Part shown: positions 21,963-31,176 of the stretch, piece after piece
Layout of the letters: every line of letters starts with the position of its first letter
Numbering within the stretch: the stretch's first letter is position 1
NCBI GenBank assembly: GCA_040285745.1
Contig: JAUFOR010000008.1
Coordinates: 1,984,001 to 2,048,000, forward strand
Direction: 5' to 3'
Length of the DNA stretch: 64,000 nucleotides
DNA from: Barthelona sp. PCE
Taxonomy: Eukaryota
Made by a program: the position numbers and the translations under genes
The notes under the pieces: model-generated
The model's input: only the letters and a program-made list of their open reading frames with translations
Databases searched by the model: none
Told to the model about the DNA's origin: nothing

Positions 21963-24233
21963 ATGTGGCAAGAAATCATAATTCCACCTGAGGGGCCTAA
22001 AGCACGCATGGGGTGCACTCTAACATGGGTTGGACAAAGTTTCTGCGTTCTTATAGGGGGTTACACTTCAACACCTGCAAACACTGCCGAAAGATCATGG
22101 ATATATGATGTATCAAGAAATTCTTGGTTCATTATTCCCCCTGGACCTGATTTTAGATCAAATCATTGCGCTGTTGTATATGAACAATTTTTATACGTGT
22201 TTGGTGGAAGATCAGGGGCTAAAGACGTTCTTTGCGACACTTGGATTCTAAATTTGGAGACCTTTGAGTGGACTGAGGTTTCTCTAACTGATCAATTTAC
22301 ACCAAGAAGTCATATGTCATGCAGTTTGCTTGGTAACAAGTTGGTCATGTACGGTGGTGTCGACACGGCCAACGGCCACGTTTTCGATGATATGTGGTTC
22401 CTTGACTGTTCTGTCCCATCAAGTGAACAACAATGGTTGTGTCTTCAGAAACATACAGATGGAATTGAGCCAAGATTCGATCATGTTTCATTTACATGTG
22501 GAGCATTTTTATTTATTCACGGTGGATATAATCAGCACAGAAAGATATGCAGCGATATGTTTGTTCTCGATCCAGTCAACATTCGTTTTTTCAAGGTTGC
22601 TACCCAATCCATTGATGGGCAATCACCACACCTACACCTCGCTAGTCACAGCGTGTGCTCTCTCAGTGAGCAATCGTTCCTGATCTGCGGAGGTCAGAGG
22701 AACGCGCAACGTGGTATGAATGCAAGCTTTTACCACTTCTTTGTCCCTGATTCCATTTATAATCTCAAAGATCTCAGCACTATTGTAATTGATGAACATA
22801 TTGTTAAATTTGATGATATTGCTGGTATTGAACTGTCAAACGGTGAACTCATTCGCCCTCGAAGACATTTTGGTCTTTGTGCTTCCGATTCAACTGTATA
22901 TCTGGGGTTCGGTTGTGCTGATCAGAAATCAAAACTTGGCGACTTACACCGTGTGTCAAAAGCTTTGCTCTTTGACAGTCAGGATGAGAGCGATGATGAA
23001 GATGCATTTGAGTCAAGTGAACCTTCGGGGTTAGTTGTTGCTTTCCGTGACTTCTTCAAAGGTCGTTCGCCAGTTGACGATATTGCTGTTGCTGTTGCTA
23101 AAATAATTGACGAGAAGACTAAGACATGTGTTAATACAATCAATGCTGCAGCGGCTAAACTTCAAACGCAAATGTCTGAGTTTGATACTTTACGTGAAGA
23201 ATCATTGGCAGAGCTGAAAGACATTTTCGATGTCGAGAAGTTACGCTATCTTAAGAGTACTGAGGAATGTATGGAAGCAGTGTGGAAGGCAGAACGTGCT
23301 CGTGAAAACCTCATTTCGCAGTTTAATTCCGTTGAATCATCACATGCTGAACTTAAGATCGTTGCTACTGATATACAGGAGTCTTTCACAACATGGAATG
23401 ACCGGTTGTTTAAGGTCGACGTGGAGCTAAGCGGTTTAAAGGAGCTTGGACTGAAACACACTAGTCAAATTGAGGATCTTAACATAAAGAATACAGATAC
23501 GCTTTCCAGTTTTGATACTGTGAATAGCGATATTAAGACCCTTGAAAAGACTATGTATAAGCGCTTTGTTGAGTCCAATGAGGACATCATGAAGATGGGT
23601 AACGATCTGACAGCACTCACAACACTCACAACATCATTGAAGGAAAAGAATCTTGCAATGATGTCTGAAAAAATCAACTTGCTCGATGAGGAAGTTAGCA
23701 CCGTTAAGAACAATGCCAAATCAATGGCTGATCAGTTAGAGAAATTGGAACAGTTGTTCACAGAGGGTGAAGTACTACACCGTCTTGAGCGTATGACTGA
23801 GGGAATGGCTGACGCAGACTCACAGATTGCTCAATTGCAGAATAGAGTCAATAGTGTAGATGGTACGTTAGACTCTCTTGGTATCCGTATGGATAACTTT
23901 GATATACAAGATTTTGATTTTATCTACAGTGAACTTGATCGAATTGAAAATTTAAATACTCTTGTAATTGAAAACAGTCAGGAAATCGGTAAACAGGATG
24001 CAGTAGTCAAGCACATGAGTGATTTGATTGAAAGTAACAACAAAGATATCGTCAATCGTCATGATCAATTATCTGAGTTCGTTCGAGACCATATGGATAA
24101 GCTTGTTGGAGTACATGTTGACATTGCTAAGTTACAAGCTGCTATTGTATCAACACCTTCTACCAAAGAAACTGCTATTGATGAAGAAAATGATAAGGAA
24201 AAGGAAGAGTACATTGAAGAAGTACATGAATAA
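21963..24233 (+). CDS. Kelch-repeat protein with C-terminal coiled coil
   Basis: Repeated GG-containing kelch blades (LIGG, VFGG, MYGG, IHGG, ICGG) then long heptad-rich region. Confidence 0.85.
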   Translation: MWQEIIIPPEGPKARMGCTLTWVGQSFCVLIGGYTSTPANTAERSWIYDVSRNSWFIIPPGPDFRSNHCAVVYEQFLYVFGGRSGAKDVLCDTWILNLETFEWTEVSLTDQFTPRSHMSCSLLGNKLVMYGGVDTANGHVFDDMWFLDCSVPSSEQQWLCLQKHTDGIEPRFDHVSFTCGAFLFIHGGYNQHRKICSDMFVLDPVNIRFFKVATQSIDGQSPHLHLASHSVCSLSEQSFLICGGQRNAQRGMNASFYHFFVPDSIYNLKDLSTIVIDEHIVKFDDIAGIELSNGELIRPRRHFGLCASDSTVYLGFGCADQKSKLGDLHRVSKALLFDSQDESDDEDAFESSEPSGLVVAFRDFFKGRSPVDDIAVAVAKIIDEKTKTCVNTINAAAAKLQTQMSEFDTLREESLAELKDIFDVEKLRYLKSTEECMEAVWKAERARENLISQFNSVESSHAELKIVATDIQESFTTWNDRLFKVDVELSGLKELGLKHTSQIEDLNIKNTDTLSSFDTVNSDIKTLEKTMYKRFVESNEDIMKMGNDLTALTTLTTSLKEKNLAMMSEKINLLDEEVSTVKNNAKSMADQLEKLEQLFTEGEVLHRLERMTEGMADADSQIAQLQNRVNSVDGTLDSLGIRMDNFDIQDFDFIYSELDRIENLNTLVIENSQEIGKQDAVVKHMSDLIESNNKDIVNRHDQLSEFVRDHMDKLVGVHVDIAKLQAAIVSTPSTKETAIDEENDKEKEEYIEEVHE

Positions 24234-24379
24234 GCTCAAACACTGATAATATTGATTTATTTCACTTAATCATACTGTAGAAATCCAAACGACGCTTATT
24301 TGCGGTGGATCACCGTGTGATATGATGATACGAGCAAGTAAAACTCTATATAAATAATGCAAACTTTCATTTCATTTCA

Positions 24380-24907
24380 CTAAAGAAATAGACGAGCGGT
24401 GTTGTTACGTGTCTTTACGCTCTTTTTGTCATTCAACTTCTTTTCTCTGCACTGTCGACATTCGTAATTTGTAACGTTAATAAACGTTGGATCAGGTTCC
24501 CTAAGGCGTGATACCCACTTTTCACACACTGTACATTGATGAACACTTCGGGACGCATCTTTAAGAACGCTTTGCTGTTTGAAGAAAGAAAAGGATTTTT
24601 CAATCAAACCATCATTTTGAATTGCAACTGCTTGCTTATTCAAAATTATTAGAGAACATTGTTCCGACAGTTGTGATACGGTAGCCCCAAGTCTTTCAGC
24701 TTCTTCCTCATTACCCAAAACTATAGCATCATTAAGTAGAGCATGTTGACGTTTTAGCTCATCTATATTTATAGAGTACTTCTTATCTAAATCTTGAATT
24801 GTATATAAATTGGCATACAACTGATAACTGAGAATTTCTAAATGTTCAATGAGTTCAGCCGGTTCAAACATTTGCTTTTTGACATTTTCCTGCTGTGGGT
24901 GCCCCAT
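24380..24907 (-). CDS. Hypothetical protein, coiled coil plus CxxC...CxxC zinc ribbon
   Basis: ORF from ATG 24907 (MGHPQQ..), CTVC..CRQC near the C-terminus. Confidence 0.55.
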   Translation of the reverse strand: MGHPQQENVKKQMFEPAELIEHLEILSYQLYANLYTIQDLDKKYSINIDELKRQHALLNDAIVLGNEEEAERLGATVSQLSEQCSLIILNKQAVAIQNDGLIEKSFSFFKQQSVLKDASRSVHQCTVCEKWVSRLREPDPTFINVTNYECRQCREKKLNDKKSVKTRNNTARLFL

Positions 24908-24984
24908 TTCAAAGAAAAATACAGAAAATTTGTGTGAAAGAGGTGATAAAAAACAAAGTAGCATACCATTTATTGATTAATGAA

Positions 24985-26250
24985 CTAAATTAGGCAAGCG
25001 TAATAAATGTGCCATTTCCAGTGTTCCACGGCACAGACTAGCTGATTAATGATTCGTTTAGACATTTTTTTGTTAGGAACTCCATTTGTATTACGTTCAA
25101 CAAACAAATTTCTAGTTTCTTCGTTAGTTTTGATCTTATGCAAGACCTTTTTGACAGATGAAATAGTCATATCACTCACTCCATAATCGCTCCACTTATA
25201 ACTGTGTTTCCAGTGAGCTTTTGATTCTTCAACACTATATTCACTCAGATCAAGGTAGTATTGGTCATAGTCCATCAGGTGAACTCCCTTTTTAGGAGTG
25301 TATCCGATGTGAAAGACTCGGATACCAGGATTGTTACCGCTGTAAAGAGGTTCTTCATCCATTGGAGAAATTGCTGGTGTCATCCAAATACCATGAGTAT
25401 CACCTACAATGAATGTATCAGTATGAAGATGACCATAGATCTGACCAATAATGTTTTTGTTATTCATATTTTGCATCAAAATCTTAGCTCCCTCAGCCCA
25501 CATCATAGGCATGTCATTATTGCCCATCACGCCCGGGGGGTTGTGCCCGAGGACGAGGATCTTGAAGGGGCAGTCCTCGACGAGAGACTGGAACCACTTC
25601 CACTGCCCCAGCACATCCTTGTTAACATGAGGAAGGTTGGTCGAAGAATACAGGTTGGTATTGATAACGATAACACGGAGCCCAATCTTGTAAAAGTCGC
25701 GGTAGTAGAAGGCACCCTTTGCGAAAGAATCGCGTTCGTTGGGATGGAAAAAGTCCTGCCAATATTTGTGGGCAACACGACTGTACAACCATGTCGATTT
25801 GGCGTTGTGGTGGTAGAGTGGTACCATATCGTGATTGCCAAGAGACAGCATGACATCGCGGCCGGCGAGGTGCTTGCGCATGACACTGCCCATCTTGTCG
25901 ATAGACTCTTCGAGCTGATCGCGTGTGAACTTGAGATCCTCCTTCTTTTCAGTGGCCTTTTGAGGGAGGATGTCGCCAAGAAAAGCGTAGAAATTGACAT
26001 CGGGGAGCGAAGCGGCGAACTCAACGGCACTGTCAATCAATTGGATTGGTGCGTCACAATGCGTGTCTCCGAAGTATGCAGCGCTACCAGTTCCCTTGAT
26101 GCACAAGGACTTTGGGTCAGAGCCAGCGTGGTACTTGTCGGCGAGATGAACGTCTGTAAAAACAGCGAAACTGCCGATTTTCTCTGCGTGGCATGCAGAA
26201 ACGAGTGCCACGAGCAAAATGAGCCCGCTACAAAGTATGTTGAACTTCAT
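24985..26250 (-). CDS. Secreted acid sphingomyelinase-like/Ppn1-family metallophosphoesterase, copy A
   Basis: Signal peptide MKFNILCSGLILLVALVSACHA; motifs TDVH, LGD, GNHD, GHNPPG, GHLHTD, NNPG.R. Confidence 0.88.
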   Translation of the reverse strand: MKFNILCSGLILLVALVSACHAEKIGSFAVFTDVHLADKYHAGSDPKSLCIKGTGSAAYFGDTHCDAPIQLIDSAVEFAASLPDVNFYAFLGDILPQKATEKKEDLKFTRDQLEESIDKMGSVMRKHLAGRDVMLSLGNHDMVPLYHHNAKSTWLYSRVAHKYWQDFFHPNERDSFAKGAFYYRDFYKIGLRVIVINTNLYSSTNLPHVNKDVLGQWKWFQSLVEDCPFKILVLGHNPPGVMGNNDMPMMWAEGAKILMQNMNNKNIIGQIYGHLHTDTFIVGDTHGIWMTPAISPMDEEPLYSGNNPGIRVFHIGYTPKKGVHLMDYDQYYLDLSEYSVEESKAHWKHSYKWSDYGVSDMTISSVKKVLHKIKTNEETRNLFVERNTNGVPNKKMSKRIINQLVCAVEHWKWHIYYACLI

Positions 26251-26340
26251 AACAACAACCAAATAATGAAAGTGAAAAGAAAACTTTTTACAATACAAAT
26301 TACACAATTCCGTGATAAAGCACGGTTATTAAGATTAATT

Positions 26341-26356
26341 GGTGTTTAAGAACACC
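26341..26356 (-). terminator. Histone-type 3' stem-loop, copy A
   Basis: GGTGTT-CTTA-AACACC on the minus strand, ~50 nt after the H3 stop and preceded by an A-rich run. Confidence 0.7.
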
Positions 26357-26407
26357 TGTTTTTTTGATGTTTTTTTTAGTTATATATATGTTTGGATTTG
26401 AAGTTGA

Positions 26408-26843
26408 TTACTCGCGCTCCTCCTCAGCACCGACAAGGAAGGGATCATTGCGGATACGGAGAGCAAGACGCATGTCATCAAGGAAAAGGGTGACACGCTT
26501 GGCGTGGACAGCACAGAAGAGGGACTGCTCGAAGAGGGAGGTGAGGTAAGACTCAGCAGACTCTTGAAGGGCGAGAAGAGCGGTCTTCTGGAAACGGATA
26601 CCAGAACCGTGATCGGAAGCGATACGACGGACGAGCTTCTGGAAAGGAAGCTTACGGAGAAGGAGCTTCTCAGAGGCCTGGAAATCACGGATCTCACGGA
26701 GAGCAGCCATGCCCGGGGGGGATACGCTGCTGACGCTTGTAACCACCAGCGGAAGGGTTCTTGGTGGACTTCTTGGCGGAAGTATCGGTCATGGGGTGCT
26801 TGACGGCGGAGGTCTTGTTAGGTAAAAGCTTGGTTCTAACCAT
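26408..26843 (-). pseudogene. Divergent histone H3 variant, copy A, apparent +1 frameshift (possibly a sequencing error)
   Basis: Identical to 30585-31019 except for G7 (26715-26721) versus C6 in copy B, which splits the ORF at the IPPG codons. Confidence 0.75.
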
Positions 26844-27650
26844 TGTAATGTTTTGACAAGGATATGTACTCTGTAGTAAAAAAATAAATTGAGTAGCTAC
26901 CCCCGGTTGGGCTTGAGGGCTGCAACCGAGATTTTTATTTACACGCAAACCAAGGCACGTGTTTGGTGCTATATCCAGGTATCAGTTGTGTATAAGTGGT
27001 GTAAAATGCGTTAACGGTGAGAAATCTTTTTGTCAATGTTGCGTTTTGTCTTTGTACATATTTTAGTTCACCGAGCAGGGATCAATCGTGTGCGTGCATG
27101 AGCTGCTGCGGATGCAGGATGCTCAAATACGGAAAATGTGCATTTGAGTTTTCTTCCTTCTTTGCCTTTTTGTGTATCGGGGCTTGGGTGTTGTTTTGCG
27201 GGCATGGGGACTGGTTGCTGCCGCTGGGGCTTCAGGCTCATCGTCGTCGTGTTTTTGTGACGTGATCCATGTTGGGCTGTTTTTTGCTGTGCGTTCTGCA
27301 TGCTTGTGCTCTTGGACGCGATCCGTGGTTTGTTGCTTGTGGTGTTTTTGTGGATTTTTTACAACATTTTGCTTAAGCAAAATGTTGAAATTTGTATACT
27401 TTTACCCATAAATAATAAGGGTGATTGTATTCAAGTGCAATATGCTGCTAAAACCATTGGAATTCAGAATAATTGTAAGAAATTGCAAGAACCATCATCC
27501 CCTAATAAAAAAATTTTTTTTATCTTTAAAACTCATTATGGAGCAACTTAATTATATACATGTCCATATAGATAATCTAATTCACTTTATTAGTTTGTTA
27601 AACTATTTATCCACCTTTTCATTTTTTTGTTTCGTTAAGGGGCTATTATC

Positions 27651-28869
27651 ATGTCAAGAACAGTAATTATCGACAATGGAAGTGGTGTATGTTTGCTATT
27701 TTAGTAATTTGGGCTGTTCTAACATTCAGTATATTAAATGTGGTTTCCCCAGTGATCGTTTCCCGCATTCTACATTCCCTAACGTGGTAGGCCGACCCAT
27801 AGCTCGCTCAGGTGCTAATCTGAAGGGTCTTGAAGAAGTTCCAGACCTACTGCTGGGTGATCAAGTTGAACCTTATTTATCAGCACTTCAGCTCACCAGA
27901 CCGATCGATCATGGTATTATCACTCACCTTGATGACCAAAAACTCATCTGGGATTATGCATTCAACAAAAAACTTGTAGTTGACCCTTCAGAGACAAAGG
28001 TTCTGTTAACAGAAGCTCCTTTAAACCCAGTAAGGAACAGAGAGAACATGTTGGAGGTATTATTTGAGAATTTTGATGTTCCTGCCGCGCAAGTATATGC
28101 ACAAGCTGTGCTTACTCTTTACGCTAGTGGTCAAGAGACAGGGTGTGTCGTTGACTCAGGTGACGGTGTCACTCACGTTGTCCCAATCTCCAATGGTATG
28201 ATCTTCCATCATCAAGTGAAAAGATTGAACGTTGCAGGTAGAGATATCACTAGAAATCTTCTTAAATTGATGTGTGATCGTGGTTTCTACTTAAATGAAG
28301 GTTCTGATCTGGAACTAGTCAGAAAAATCAAGGAAGAAGCTTGTTACATTGCCTATGATTTAGATTATGAGAAGAAGCTAAACCGTGAGACCACTGCAAT
28401 CAGTGAAGATTACCGTCTGCCTGATGGTTCATTTTTAAATCTCAGTCATGAGCGATTTTTGGCTGCAGAGTGTCTGTTCCAACCTCATCTGGTTGGATTG
28501 AATGAACTACCGGGTGTTGATATGATGACGTTCAACGCAATTAACGAATGTCCTATTACTGCACGAAAAGGACTATATGAAAACATTTTCGTATCAGGTG
28601 GTACATCAATGTATCCAGGTTTCCCTACTCGTCTTGAACGATCAATTAAGAGCATTTATAAGCGTATTGTAAGAAAGGGAGGTAATGAAGGACGTGTTAA
28701 GATTAAGGTTAAGGCTCCAGCAAACCGTAAAAACTCTGTATTTATTGGTGGTGCAATTCTTGCACAAGTTGCCGAGGCATCAGCAGATTTTTGGATTCAG
28801 AAGAGTGAGTATGAAGAATGTGGAGCAAATTTTGTTGCGAAGAATCGTTGTGGACAGCTTGCTTTTTAA
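27651..28869 (+). CDS. ARP2: Actin-related protein 2, two exons 27651-27686 and 27730-28869
   Basis: Spliced N-terminus MSRTVIIDNGSG|YIKCGF; LLTEAPLNP..NRE, QAVLTLYA.G..TG.VVDSGDGVTH, GGTSMYPGFPTRLE are Arp2-type. Confidence 0.9.
27687..27729 (+). other. Spliceosomal intron, 43 nt
   Basis: GTATGT...TCTAAC-ATTC-AG; removal restores the actin-family DNGSG-x-IK motif. Confidence 0.92.
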
Positions 28870-28889
28870 TTTTCTGCTATTTACAAAAG

Positions 28890-29879
28890 TTAAACTTTTT
28901 GTTTCAATTCTTCCTTTTTGCTATTCTTACCCTTATTGAGTTTGCTAAAGATTGAATCGTAAAGCACACCACCGAACACAAGAGTCATACCAATCCATTG
29001 AATAGGTTTGATAGTGTGTCCGTTCAGTAAAATACTGAGTAAAATTGTAAAGAACTTACGCGTAGTTGTCACAATTGTAAGCACAACACTATTGAAGTTT
29101 GTGATAATTAGGTAAATGAAATTCTGACCTACAACACTTGTGCAACAGAAAACTAATAACTTTGGAATATGCGTTGGATGTCTGAGTAAAAAGTACACTC
29201 CACCAAACAATTGACCTGAGAACAGAGCAGCAATCATTGTGGCGATACCTCCCCAGAAGTTAACACGTAGCATCATCTCTCTGGAATGAGGTTTGTGTTC
29301 TGCAACAACATTGTCTTGGAATGCTGCATAAATTCCGTCTGAGAATAATGAAATAAACACAAGCACGATTCCAAAAGAGCTTGCTTCAAGGGCTACATTG
29401 CTTGAACGTCCTAACAAAAACAAAGCAAGACCACCAGAGATACAAACACTACATATGTACTTGTAAAGAGGATACTTAATCTTTCTGATCAAAACAGATA
29501 CAAGAAGAACAGCGAGTAGCTTACAACACTTTGCTAAAACCTGAGTAGGGTAATCAACAAATAAAATTGCAGCGTTTGAGCAGCTCATTGATAAACCATA
29601 GAAAATACCAATCTTTGCAAACTGTTTACGTGGTGGCTTTTTGATCATTGGTGTTTTGATAAACTGTAACATAGCTCTGGACAATAAATGACAGCAAATG
29701 CATTGTAAAGAAATAGCTAGCAATGGATAGCTAAACTTCTCTTTGTTTGGCCCATATGTCGTCTTGAATACAGCCTCTTGAAATAGTCCAAATACTAAAT
29801 ACGAGGCATAAATTCCAAAAACACCTATGAAAAATAACAGGTATGATTTTTTCTCTGATTTGGTAAACTTGAGTTTCAT
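28890..29879 (-). CDS. UAA-family nucleotide-sugar transporter (SLC35B1/HUT1-like)
   Basis: GIYASYLVFGLFQE, YPTQVLAKCCK, GQNFIY, TTTRKFFTILLS; multiple TM segments. Confidence 0.88.
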   Translation of the reverse strand: MKLKFTKSEKKSYLLFFIGVFGIYASYLVFGLFQEAVFKTTYGPNKEKFSYPLLAISLQCICCHLLSRAMLQFIKTPMIKKPPRKQFAKIGIFYGLSMSCSNAAILFVDYPTQVLAKCCKLLAVLLVSVLIRKIKYPLYKYICSVCISGGLALFLLGRSSNVALEASSFGIVLVFISLFSDGIYAAFQDNVVAEHKPHSREMMLRVNFWGGIATMIAALFSGQLFGGVYFLLRHPTHIPKLLVFCCTSVVGQNFIYLIITNFNSVVLTIVTTTRKFFTILLSILLNGHTIKPIQWIGMTLVFGGVLYDSIFSKLNKGKNSKKEELKQKV

Positions 29880-30584
29880 GTGAGTATATTTTAAGTGTAC
29901 TTAACAAAATGAATAGTTGCAAAAAACAAACCGAAAGAGGAATGATATAAGAAACCAAGTAACAACATATTTAACACATTTATTTTGTTGGAAATTCATT
30001 GACTTCCATGCAAAGATACTTTTCTTCATAATAATGACTAAAATTTCGATTGTATGAGTATACCACCGAAAAAATCCACAAAAACACCACAAGCAACAAA
30101 CCACGGATCGCGTCCAAGAGCACAAGCATGCAGAACGCACAGCAAAAAACAGCCCAACATGGATCACGTCACAAAAACACGACGACGATGAGCCTGAAGC
30201 CCCAGCGGCAGCAACCAGTCCCCATGCCCGCAAAACAACACCCAAGCCCCGATACACAAAAAGGCAAAGAAGGAAGAAAACTCAAATGCACATTTTCCGT
30301 ATTTGAGCATCCTGCATCCGCAGCAGCTCATGCACGCACACGATTGATCCCTGCTCGGTGAACTAAAATATGTACAAAGACAAAACGCAACATTGACAAA
30401 AAGATTTCTCACCGTTAACGCATTTTACACCACTTATACACAACTGATACCTGGATATAGCACCAAACACGTGCCTTGGTTTGCGTGTAAATAAAAATCT
30501 CGGTTGCAGCCCTCAGCCCAACCGGGGGTAGCTACTCAATTTATTTTTTTACTACAGAGTACATATCCTTGTCAAAACATTACA

Positions 30585-31019
30585 ATGGTTAGAACCAAGC
30601 TTTTACCTAACAAGACCTCCGCCGTCAAGCACCCCATGACCGATACTTCCGCCAAGAAGTCCACCAAGAACCCTTCCGCTGGTGGTTACAAGCGTCAGCA
30701 GCGTATCCCCCCGGGCATGGCTGCTCTCCGTGAGATCCGTGATTTCCAGGCCTCTGAGAAGCTCCTTCTCCGTAAGCTTCCTTTCCAGAAGCTCGTCCGT
30801 CGTATCGCTTCCGATCACGGTTCTGGTATCCGTTTCCAGAAGACCGCTCTTCTCGCCCTTCAAGAGTCTGCTGAGTCTTACCTCACCTCCCTCTTCGAGC
30901 AGTCCCTCTTCTGTGCTGTCCACGCCAAGCGTGTCACCCTTTTCCTTGATGACATGCGTCTTGCTCTCCGTATCCGCAATGATCCCTTCCTTGTCGGTGC
31001 TGAGGAGGAGCGCGAGTAA
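30585..31019 (+). CDS. Divergent histone H3 variant, copy B (intact, 144 aa)
   Basis: [53 protein letters not shown]...[17 protein letters not shown]. Confidence 0.93.
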   Translation: MVRTKLLPNKTSAVKHPMTDTSAKKSTKNPSAGGYKRQQRIPPGMAALREIRDFQASEKLLLRKLPFQKLVRRIASDHGSGIRFQKTALLALQESAESYLTSLFEQSLFCAVHAKRVTLFLDDMRLALRIRNDPFLVGAEEERE

Positions 31020-31070
31020 TCAACTTCAAATCCAAACATATATATAACTAAAAAAAAACATCAAAAAACA

Positions 31071-31086
31071 GGTGTTCTTAAACACC
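31071..31086 (+). terminator. Histone-type 3' stem-loop, copy B
   Basis: AAAAAACA-GGTGTT-CTTA-AACACC-AA: perfect 6-bp stem beginning GG with a 4-nt loop, 51 nt after the H3 stop. Confidence 0.72.
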
Positions 31087-31176
31087 AATTAATCTTAATA
31101 ACCGTGCTTTATCACGGAATTGTGTAATTTGTATTGTAAAAAGTTTTCTTTTCACTTTCATTATTTGGTTGTTGTT

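Larger units (their letters stand above)
25511..27360. repeat. Left arm of ~1.85 kb inverted repeat
   Basis: Reverse complement of 30069-31916; ORF translations in several frames are identical between the arms; only four 1-nt homopolymer indels seen by eye. Confidence 0.95.

Noticed and set aside
24300-24345. CGGTG-GAT-CACCG hairpin and ATGATGA (box C or SECIS-like) between convergent genes
   Set aside because: No downstream box D (CTGA), no convincing SECIS stem and no in-frame TGA in the neighbouring genes
25261-26349. 362-aa antisense ORF (and its 318-aa mirror at 31078-32034)
   Set aside because: Shadow of the GC-rich phosphoesterase codons; no motif, and its length differs between copies once the arms diverge
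30585-31019. Centromeric H3 (CenH3) assignment
   Set aside because: Loop 1 is not extended, Q68 and F84 equivalents are retained, and tail lysines stay in canonical register; not excluded, but unsupported
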